A DNA stretch of 64,000 bases, taken from contig RHPI01003009.1 in assembly GCA_009103225.1 (NCBI GenBank), positions 272,091 to 336,090 on the forward strand, in the 5' to 3' direction. Numbering within the stretch: position 1 is the stretch's first letter; every line of letters starts with the position of its first letter. Both the position numbers and the translations under genes were made by a program. Shown piece by piece: positions 1 through 10,012 of this stretch. Source of the stretch: Chlorokybus atmophyticus. Its lineage: Eukaryota; Plantae; Mesostigma and Chlorokybus algae. The notes beneath the pieces are model-generated. The model had not been told where the DNA came from. It was given only the letters and a program-made list of their open reading frames with translations, and ran no database searches.

Positions 1-190
1 AACTCGTTAATGAGTTATGAGACTCTTGTGCCCCTAGTGCCTCGGGCACTAGGGGGGCACAAGCACTCACTAGGCGTGAGTATGAGCCACAAGCTCCTTA
101 TCTAGTCGCTTGAAACCCTAGCACGGCGGCGCCATCCTTGGCGAGGGTGGCGAGTGTGGTGAGGGGGAAGGGGGACCTTCACCATGGAGG

Positions 191-1179
191 TTGACGCGGG
201 CGCAAGCAAGCGCCCAAGGGCAAGGCGAGGACGTGGAAGCCTCGGCGGCGGCGGCTCTCATGGCCTCCAACCGCTTGGCAAAGGCGAGAAGTCCGCGTCG
301 CCAGACCTTGAGTGAGGAGGAGGAGAGGCGAGCGGAGAGTGAGGAGAAAAGAAAGCACCCCCCCGTGGTGGATGGGGAGGAGGTGAACAAGGATGGTGAT
401 GGTGATGGTGATGGTCATGATGAGGATAATCATGACGACGACGACCCGCCCGCGGTCACTTACAAGCGTAGAAAGAGGGCAGCAAGCCCGGTTTCCAACG
501 CCTCCACCACACCCACGGAGGCCATGGCGAGGAAGTTGGAGGAGTTGGAAGCGAAAAACATCCGCCTCAAGCGTGGAAAAGCGCCCGCCATCCCTCTTGA
601 TGAGCCCATGGACGAGCCCAACCATCCACTATTTGTGAGCATCCTTCGCCGCGAGAGCGACTCCAGCACTCCTAATGCTCGGGTGGCGGCGATGTGCAAC
701 CGCTACACCGAGCCCGCGACCCCTTGGAAGGAGAACTTGAAGAAGCGGGCTCGGCAACATGTGGATGTGGCGGCTCACATCGGGGCGGCGGCGAGCTCCT
801 ATATGTTCCCTGAATATGACGGTGACTATGCAATGGTATTTAGGACTCTAGGTTTTTGCGGCAAGCCGTAGCCAGCACCACACACGCTGGGTGATTATTC
901 TGCTGTTTGGGCACTGACAATTCATTGTACCATATTGGTCATAAAGTACAACTTGACTGACCTTGAATATGCATGAAATACTCAGTTTGAAATTCAAAGT
1001 ATACGGGTTGAAACGAGGTTCAGTGGTATGTATGTTGAATATGAATGCGTCTTGCGGGTGAAGAACGCTGTTCCTTTTTGCAGGGATGGGACAGAAAGTA
1101 CAATAACCATTGGATATTCACGGACAAAAGGCGTGAAACGGATCAAGTCATTAAGATTCAGACGAAATGGCGTGAATAA
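191..1179 (+). CDS. Hypothetical protein (acidic/basic low-complexity N-terminus), probably spliced and possibly TE-derived
   Basis: 226-codon ORF at 191-871. Two candidate downstream exons with AG/GT borders (~985-1024 and 1084-1179) join in frame to give LKFKVYGLKRGSV|GWDRKYNNHWIFTDKRRETDQVIKIQTKWRE*. The phase of the join to the first ORF is unresolved. No family recognised. Confidence 0.35.
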
Positions 1180-1231
1180 TCGGGGGGTCCCAAAATTACC
1201 GGTGTGTGCTCTTACAAAAGAGTAGACTATA

Positions 1232-1701
1232 CAGTCTACCCCCGTTCAAAGACTTCGGTTTAAGAGAGTAACCCCGTTGAGATCATAAATTTGCAAAAGA
1301 CGAATAATTTTACACGCAAATATCATTGGTTAGTGGAATAGTTTTGTACGCAATAAAACTACAACGGAGGGTTAAAATTTTGAGTGAGCTCAGTCTTGTT
1401 ACGGGAGAATACCTCGTTAATGGCATGCTTTTTCCAATATTATAAGCATAAACATATTATAAGACATAGTTAAGTACATAATCACTTTATTGTTGACTAG
1501 TATGATTTAATTCATGCCACATTAGAATATAATAATGTGGCTTACGGTTATTTCGCAATAGCCTTGTTAGTAAAATATATATAAAATGTATATTGTGTAA
1601 AACATAAGAGAGTATATATTATTGTAAACGCTAAGAGAATAACCCCGTTGATGGAATACAAGCTGAAAGATACACGTGATTTTTATAGCGGAGGTAGATT
1701 G
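1232..1701. mobile_element. MITE, Tc1/mariner-pogo type (TA target duplication), copy 1
   Basis: TA|CAGTCTACCCCCGTT...AGCGGAGGTAGATTG|TA. 470 bp, AT-rich, non-coding, and colinear with 24906-25373. Confidence 0.85.
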
Positions 1702-1751
1702 TACAGTTAAGGTACATAGTTGTACCTAATCACATTGAAACATTCATTGTA

Positions 1752-2176
1752 CAGTCTACCCCCCTTTAGAGCATACTGTTTGTTTTCATACATAGTATGC
1801 TCATGGCGGGGTTATGGTCTTGGCAATATTAATATGCTCTTACACATTATGAGCAACTGTATGCTATAAAGCAGTTTAATACGCCCATCACGCCCATTAC
1901 ATCACGCGCATTACGTCACGTCTAATATGCCATCTCGCTTATTACGCTGATTACGTGTTGCACTGTACCCATTACGCCTGGTCCATCACACTCATTACGC
2001 CTTATGACAAACCCGTCACGCGCTACTCCCTCGATGTTAGGAACATGCACACTTAAATTTGCAAAATGTCATGAAAAATAATATGCTCTTCGCGGTTACT
2101 CATATTCTCTTCAGCACTAACATTTGCCTGTAGAGTTGTTGGTGTTCTCAAATCGTATGCTACAAGCGGGGTTATT
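1752..2176. mobile_element. Related TIR end (right-end type, reversed) of the same MITE family, with no matching TIR nearby
   Basis: TA|CAGTCTACCCCCC, then 42 nt, then CGGGGTTA (1807). This matches the 42-nt spacing at the right end of the MITE at 24906-25373. A second CGGGGTTATT lies at 2167-2176. Confidence 0.6.
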
Positions 2177-2440
2177 CATTCGCATATACTTTGTGCAATT
2201 GCACGATATGGGGATGTGCTTTGGAAGGTTGAGATCTGTTTCACACAAATGAATGGCCGATAGCTGATAAAGGTCGCATAGCCAATGAGAGGCAGGCGGG
2301 CTGCTCGGTATGCGCGGCAGACAAGTAGTCTCGGGTGCCGTCTGTGATAGCCCTCAGTGCGCGTGATGTGTCTTTGTGCCCTAATCTCCCGGCCGGCCGG
2401 CCGGCCCAATCCCGCCCAATCCGCCGCATCGCTAGTGTGG
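2176..2440 (+). repeat. CCAAT/GC-box-rich dispersed repeat module
   Basis: The motif series GATG(T/A)GCTTTG...AGCCAATGAGAGGCAGGCGGG...TGTGCCCTAAT...CCGGCCGGCCGGCCCAAT recurs at ~3235-3439, at 5460-5664 continuing at 7951-8005, and inverted at ~23230-23430. Confidence 0.75.
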
Positions 2441-5400
2441 CGGTGAGATTGCGTGTGATCATTGACGTCGCTAAGTTAACAGAGTTGAGGTCACATTGCA
2501 CGAATGATACCATATATGTGATATCCATCCATATGCTGTTGAGCATATCGCGCCATCTAATCCGGTATACTAGCACATCAAACGAAATTCATCAAGTGAC
2601 GCCATATGCTGAGCTGCAATGTCGCGCTACGTCCTGTCCGTCGCTGCTTGGATGCCGGGCCTCAGCCTGCACTGACGGATTGTACTGACAATTCTTGTGT
2701 GGTGACTCACTGGTGATGGCCGCCTGCTTCGCGCCCAATCAGCTGCACCGCTAGTCTTAATACATGTGGGACATGTTCAGATCATATAAGCCATGTGAAA
2801 CCATATGCCGCCAAATGTGCAACATGTTGTCCACATTTTTTGCAATATATATTATATGCTCACTATATACTATATATACATATACAATATATATATATAT
2901 ATATTATGTATAAAAGATTACATGTATCATATATATCATGCATAGAAAGCCACACATATATATAACATACTATAATAGTATATCATGTTATTATATGCAT
3001 ATAATGTGTATAATGCTATGTATCATTATATAATATATATGCATAATCTTTCATTCATATTTAATATAGACAACATATGTATGATATAAGATTACTCATA
3101 TATAAGTGCGTATATATCATGTGTAATTTGCACTTATGAGGCATATATATTCTAAACTTATAGATTACAATGCATAATATTATATGTAGTCGTACTTGCA
3201 TATAGTTATTAAGATCATCATAAATAAGTATATATCATTCGCATATATTTTGAGCGGTTGCATGCTATGGGGATGAGCTTTGAACGGTCGATATTTGTTT
3301 GACCAGATCGAACGGCCGATAGCTAATAATTGCCGCCTAGCCAATGAGAGGCAGGCGGGCGCATACCGCGCAGCCCGGCAGTCGCGGTGCCGTATGTCAC
3401 TGATGGCCGTCGTGCGCGTGCGATGTGTCTTGTGCCCTAGGGTAAAGTGCCCTAATGTCGGGCAGTTGTAACAGCTCAGGGATCCTAGCGGCCAACACAT
3501 AGACATACCATAGCAACAAGCATGCAATGCGAGAGCACAACGTGATAGCGAACCCGATAATAACTAACTCAACAATGGCAGTACGTTAGCTTATATACTA
3601 CCGCTAACCGGTCCTACCAAGTGCTGCCTAAGATCTAGGTCTCTAGAGTCTTCGGTAGGGGCCGCGGTGACCTTATTTCGGTCACGCCTGTTTTTTGGCT
3701 GCTGTAAGCGCTGTGGGCCGTCGATCGCGGTGAGGGTTTAGGAGCTGTTAGATGTGGCTAACGCGCGTCTACTGGTTCAAACCCCATCCCGTTTGACCAA
3801 GTAGAGCGGCAGATTTGAATTTTTGAAAATAATGAGTTTAGGTTAAATGCTAAGTGATAGTCCTTAACTGTTATATAACTTTTGGCTGTGAATGAGTTTT
3901 GAAGTGCGGTTTGTTGCTGTGTGTTAGTTTAGTAATGATGCAACTTTTTTCAAAGTTTCATGCTGATTGGATAAGATTTGAGAAACTTAATATGTCACCC
4001 CTCCCAAGTGTCGCCGTAACATTTTTAAAAGTTGGTGAAGGCTGTAACTATTGAGTGGCGCGGGCTTTTAAGTTGAGGTTTTTCATTCATTGTTTTGGTT
4101 AGTACGTAAGGCTGCTAATCATGAAGTTTCAGCTTAGTTAGATGAGTAATTAAAAAATAAGTGTGCCACCCCTACCGCAACAATCGTAAAGTGCAAGCTT
4201 GTGCAAGTTGTATGAGTTAGCTCTTGGACGGTGGCTTGCTGTTGTGGTTGTGTTAGTGTTGCGAGGCAAGCATAGGAGCGGTGGGCTTGCAATGCACGCG
4301 TGCAAGTGAGGTGAGCAGGGTTGAGGGCACACGGGGGTATTGAGAGACAAAGTTGCATTCAAGTTTACAAGCAAAGCGCCTATGCCAACTCAGGTACGTT
4401 GCACTATGCTATGCCTATGCTGTGTTCTTCTACCGTTTGGCTCAGACCAAGGTGTCACCATTGCCAAGTTGTTGTTGCTGTTGCGGCATTTCATCGTGCC
4501 TTACAGTCAGGCACTGTGCTGCTTATAGGTGAGGAAACGCGGCAGACAAGTAGTCTCGGGTGCCGTCTGTGATAGCCCTCAGTGCGCGTGATGTGTCTTT
4601 GTGCCCTAATCTCCCGGCCGGCCGGCCGGCCCAATCCCGCCCAATCCGCCGCATCGCTAGTGTGGCGGTGAGATTGCGTGTGATCATTGACGTCGCTAAG
4701 TTAACAGAGTTGAGGTCACATTGCACGAATGATACCATATATGTGATATCCATCCATATGCTGTTGAGCATATCGCGCCATCTAATCCGGTATACTAGCA
4801 CATCAAACGAAATTCATCAAGTGACGCCATATGCTGAGCTGCAATGTCGCGCTACGTCCTGTCCGTCGCTGCTTGGATGCCGGGCCTCAGCCTGCACTGA
4901 CGGATTGTACTGACAATTCTTGTGTGGTGACTCACTGGTGATGGCCGCCTGCTTCGCGCCCAATCAGCTGCACCGCTAGTCTTAATACATGTGGGACATG
5001 TTCAGATCATATAAGCCATGTGAAACCATATGCCGCCAAATGTGCAACATGTTGTCCACATTTTTTGCAATATATATTATATGCTCACTATATACTATAT
5101 ATACATATACAATATATATATATATATATTATGTATAAAAGATTACATGTATCATATATATCATGCATAGAAAGCCACACATATATATAACATACTATAA
5201 TAGTATATCATGTTATTATATGCATATAATGTGTATAATGCTATGTATCATTATATAATATATATGCATAATCTTTCATTCATATTTAATATAGACAACA
5301 TATGTATGATATAAGATTACTCATATATAAGTGCGTATATATCATGTGTAATTTGCACTTATGAGGCATATATATTCTAAACTTATAGATTACAATGCAT

Positions 5401-6764
5401 AATATTATATGTAGTCGTACTTGCATATAGTTATTAAGATCATCATAAATAAGTATATATCATTCGCATATATTTTGAGCGGTTGCATGCTATGGGGATG
5501 AGCTTTGAACGGTCGATATTTGTTTGACCAGATCGAACGGCCGATAGCTAATAATTGCCGCCTAGCCAATGAGAGGCAGGCGGGCGCATACCGCGCAGCC
5601 CGGCAGTCGCGGTGCCGTATGTCACTGATGGCCGTCGTGCGCGTGCGATGTGTCTTGTGCCCTAGGGTAAAGTGCCCTAATGTCGGGCAGTTGTAACAGC
5701 TCAGGGATCCTAGCGGCCAACACATAGACATACCATAGCAACAAGCATGCAATGCGAGAGCACAACGTGATAGCGAACCCGATAATAACTAACTCAACAA
5801 TGGCAGTACGTTAGCTTATATACTACCGCTAACCGGTCCTACCAAGTGCTGCCTAAGATCTAGGTCTCTAGAGTCTTCGGTAGGGGCCGCGGTGACCTTA
5901 TTTCGGTCACGCCTGTTTTTTGGCTGCTGTAAGCGCTGTGGGCCGTCGATCGCGGTGAGGGTTTAGGAGCTGTTAGATGTGGCTAACGCGCGTCTACTGG
6001 TTCAAACCCCATCCCGTTTGACCAAGTAGAGCGGCAGATTTGAATTTTTGAAAATAATGAGTTTAGGTTAAATGCTAAGTGATAGTCCTTAACTGTTATA
6101 TAACTTTTGGCTGTGAATGAGTTTTGAAGTGCGGTTTGTTGCTGTGTGTTAGTTTAGTAATGATGCAACTTTTTTCAAAGTTTCATGCTGATTGGATAAG
6201 ATTTGAGAAACTTAATATGTCACCCCTCCCAAGTGTCGCCGTAACATTTTTAAAAGTTGGTGAAGGCTGTAACTATTGAGTGGCGCGGGCTTTTAAGTTG
6301 AGGTTTTTCATTCATTGTTTTGGTTAGTACGTAAGGCTGCTAATCATGAAGTTTCAGCTTAGTTAGATGAGTAATTAAAAAATAAGTGTGCCACCCCTAC
6401 CGCAACAATCGTAAAGTGCAAGCTTGTGCAAGTTGTATGAGTTAGCTCTTGGACGGTGGCTTGCTGTTGTGGTTGTGTTAGTGTTGCGAGGCAAGCATAG
6501 GAGCGGTGGGCTTGCAATGCACGCGTGCAAGTGAGGTGAGCAGGGTTGAGGGCACACGGGGGTATTGAGAGACAAAGTTGCATTCAAGTTTACAAGCAAA
6601 GCGCCTATGCCAACTCAGGTACGTTGCACTATGCTATGCCTATGCTGTGTTCTTCTACCGTTTGGCTCAGACCAAGGTGTCACCATTGCCAAGTTGTTGT
6701 TGCTGTTGCGGCATTTCATCGTGCCTTACAGTCAGGCACTGTGCTGCTTATAGGTGAGGAAACG
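2313..6764 (+). repeat. Apparently perfect 2,225-bp tandem duplication (2313-4539 = 4538-6764)
   Basis: The same ORFs recur at an offset of exactly 2225 (2335/4560, 3180/5405, 3280/5505, 4134/6359). The (TA)n tract has the same length in both copies. The junction shares a 2-bp CG microhomology at 4538-4539. Confidence 0.95.
3440..4538 (+). mobile_element. Left part of the pogo-like element, duplicated and truncated by the tandem duplication
   Basis: Starts TA|GGGTAAAGTGCCCTAATGTCGGGCAG, identical to 5665 onward, and stops at the duplication junction. Confidence 0.85.
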
Positions 6765-7950
6765 GGTTATCAACAAGAGCGTGCAGCAGCGACTAAAAGA
6801 GCTGCAGAGCAAGCCCAAGAGGGGACCATACATGAACAGGAAGGCCCGGGAGCAGCTGCTGCCTCAAGTAGAAGCTGCCATCCAAGCTGTGCAGCAAGGG
6901 TGCATGAGTGCACGAGCTGCAGCCAGGGAGGTGGGGCTGCCAGAGTCCACCTTCCAGGACTATGTGGAGGACCCTGCACGTGTGCAACAATACAAGTAAG
7001 CTGCAGTGCAACACTGTGCATGTGTAGTTGCTGATTGTGCTGTGCATGGCAACACTGTGCAACACACTTACTACTATACTGCAGGGGGGCAGGGAGACCT
7101 ACCTTGCTACACAATAATGAAGAGATGAAGCTGGTGGAGCTGCTGACTTACCAAAACAGGAGAGCAGCGAGCCAAGACTAGACAAGAGGCCATTGACATT
7201 CTAAGCAGATGGAATTGGGATGCATGCTCCTGGGACAGTGAACGGCATGAACTCTTTGTAAAGTGGGCGGAGTGGCAGCTGTACCGCTTGTACAATGGCT
7301 GGCCACGCCACCTGGCGCCGCAGGCAAGCAAGCTGGCACCAGGTGGCGTGCATACCGTGAGACTCACCCTAGACCCCCCCGCCCCCTAAGACAGAGGCAT
7401 ACGACTCAGACTAGACTAGCTTAGGCCTATGCTTGACGCAAACAGCTGTACATAAACCATGCTGATGCTTACAACACCCACACCCATGTGCTTACCATGC
7501 ATGCCGCTGCTGCTGTCGCCGCCCACTTCGCCTACTGGCATATGTGCCTGTAATCTGCCTCGTTTGCTGACAGGTTTCTCCCGCCACAAAAGGGCGGAAA
7601 AAGGTTGACAGCCGCCTCACTGTGGCGGGAGCAGGCAGATGTCAGAGCCAGCAAGGCCATCACCCTACATCCGCAATACCACGGTGATGGCCGACGCCAT
7701 TCCTCCTGCTACACAGGCAAATGGGTGACCGAAATAAGGTCACGGGTCGATTTGACCTGCTGGGATTGCACATGCCCACTTGGCGCGCTATAACTCCTGC
7801 TATACTGGTCAAAATTTACGTAAAAAAATAGAGACGTGTAGCCAATTTGATAAGCTACACATCACTCACTAACATCACCGCCAAAAAACAAACAGCCTGC
7901 TAGCTATGATAGGTCAAACCTTATTTGCCCGAAATTAGGGCACTTTACCC
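5665..7950 (+). mobile_element. pogo-like (Tc1/mariner superfamily) non-autonomous DNA transposon, 2,286 bp
   Basis: 26-bp TIRs match at 24/26 (GGGTAAAGTGCCCTAATGTCGGGCAG / TTGCCCGAAATTAGGGCACTTTACCC). TA lies on both sides (5663-5664, 7951-7952). An inverted subterminal motif GTGACCTTATTTCGGTCAC occurs at ~5891 and ~7724. It carries an HTH-psq-like ORF. Confidence 0.9.
6607..7181 (+). CDS. Spliced ~116-aa transposase N-terminal fragment (pipsqueak-type HTH plus the start of a CENP-B-type HTH), no catalytic domain
   Basis: Exons 6607-6618, 6754-6995 and 7085-7181 with GT-AG introns give MPTQVRKR...VEAAIQAVQQGCMSARAAAREVGLPESTFQDYV...YKGAGRPTLLHNNEEMKLVELL...QD*. The AI..V..G.MS.R.AA...G.P.ST and GRPT.L...EE..LV motifs are typical of pogo-family transposases. 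Confidence 0.65.
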
Positions 7951-9678
7951 TAATGCCGGCCGGCCGGCCGGCCCAATCACACGCCAAATCAGCCGCACCG
8001 CTAGTTTGTCATAGATGATGCTGATACCTCTAAAAATGTTCTGCTGAAGTGACGCCACCCGGTCACCAACACTCGGTCTTACCGGAGTAAGTTATGCTTT
8101 GTGCATGAACTTGTAACCAAAGTTTTTCTTTTTGCATATTACATTGACTTGCATAGTCACGTTTGTCAGTTTATGTGGCTGTTTTGTGCCCTTCGGTTCA
8201 ATAAGCTGCATAGCTAGCTTATTGAGACCAGCTTTGAGGCTAGTACAAAAGGCGTAGTAACCACTTTTTCAGTTTTATTACTTTGGTTGAGCTAAAAAGG
8301 GATTGCTCATGGCTTCCCCCTACACTACAGCAAGTTGTCTGATCGATGTTTGCTTATATTTGTGTTGCACACGTGTTCACCCGTTTGTATGCTCACCATA
8401 CATGCTGTAAACTATGGCATGCCTGGACATGTCCTACGAATGATCCAGGTTTACTGAGGTCCAATCCAATGGCCTCTGCATATACCTCACCACCCGGCCA
8501 ATCCGAAGGCTGGACATTTTGGCAATGCGGCAGTTTCGCGCGTTTGTCGGTTCTGAAGTGGACCTTGCCGGTCGTAACCTGTACTTTAATCAATCTTAAT
8601 CATTTGTGCATCATGTAACACTTGTAGTTTACGTGTTTGAGGGTTATCTCACCCTCTATTCACATGCCTTTTATCGTTATGGCCACATAACAGAGGTTGG
8701 TCGTGGGTGCAAAGGGTTTTTGTGGACAACCTCACTTCCTACAGTCTTTTCCCGCCTGTTCGTGTAGGGTGCCAAGGCGGGGCGGCGGCGGCGGAGGAGG
8801 ATGAGCAGTATGGGAAGGTGAAAAGGCGAGGAGTAAGAGAAGGGAGCAATCACTTATAGTGCATCGCCTAATGAGTTTGCTGCCGCTACAGGCGTGTAGC
8901 AAGATTCGGGGGGACACTGTAACAAGTGGGCTCCAACCACTAGGCTATGGTAGCAAAAGACACCACCATGAGTGAGGTTTGTCACAATGCATCCCACATT
9001 GTGACAGACACTTTTAGTGCAATGTTATGCTAACTTCTATTGTTATCACCTGCAATTTATCGTTTTCAACATATACTATGTTAGTTGGCACTATATGCAA
9101 GCTACTTGCAGTTGGGACGCAGTATGCGTCTAACCACGATATGACACGATATTGATGACTTAAGCAGCACCTCTGAGCGTGTAATTTTTCAAGTACATTA
9201 TGGCAAACTGAGAGCATGTCGAACTTGCTAAGCTATGGCAATGTGCTTGTCATGCATAAAAAGCACGGCTTAACACCTTTAAAGATCTTTTTACATATGT
9301 GAGTTTTATACACGCAAGGGCAACATACACAGCATACATATCGTCATAAACAAGCCCACTATATGTTCTACGGTACAAGTTCATCCTTATGAGCAACAGC
9401 TACTGGACATGCTGATAGCAAGGTAGTAGAACTCTACTATCTTGAGCCTTCAAGGTGGTCAGGCATTGCCGGAGACTTGCACTTGGGATGGAGAGTTGGC
9501 TTGCAGACCCAGCCACATCAAAGTCTTGTAGGCTCGGCATCGACTCCTACTATGAATCCTAAGGCCAGCACTGCTTGCAGCCTTCAACATCTCAGCAGAC
9601 AGTGCAGCCTTGGATGTTGTGTGCATGGGTTGTCTTTTCTTGGTCTGCCATTGCCTGTTTCCACTCCTCAGACACATC

Positions 9679-10012
9679 NNNNNNNNNNNNNNNNNNNNNN
9701 NNNNNNNNNNNNNNNNNNNNNNNNNNNNNNNNNNNNNNNNNNNNNNNNNNNNNNNNNNNNNNNNNNNNNNNNNNNNNNNNNNNNNNNNNNNNNNNNNNNN
9801 NNNNNNNNNNNNNNNNNNNNNNNNNNNNNNNNNNNNNNNNNNNNNNNNNNNNNNNNNNNNNNNNNNNNNNNNNNNNNNNNNNNNNNNNNNNNNNNNNNNN
9901 NNNNNNNNNNNNNNNNNNNNNNNNNNNNNNNNNNNNNNNNNNNNNNNNNNNNNNNNNNNNNNNNNNNNNNNNNNNNNNNNNNNNNNNNNNNNNNNNNNNN
10001 NNNNNNNNNNNN
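9679..10012. other. Assembly gap (N run)
   Basis: N run followed by poly-G. Other gaps are at 16238-16541, 32293-32819 and 63398-63813. Confidence 0.99.

Noticed and set aside
2176-4913. Small ORFs in the duplicated region (e.g. 2335-2688, 2241-2576, 3180-3527)
   Set aside because: They lie over non-coding repeat modules, lack codon bias or motifs, and recur only because of the duplication.
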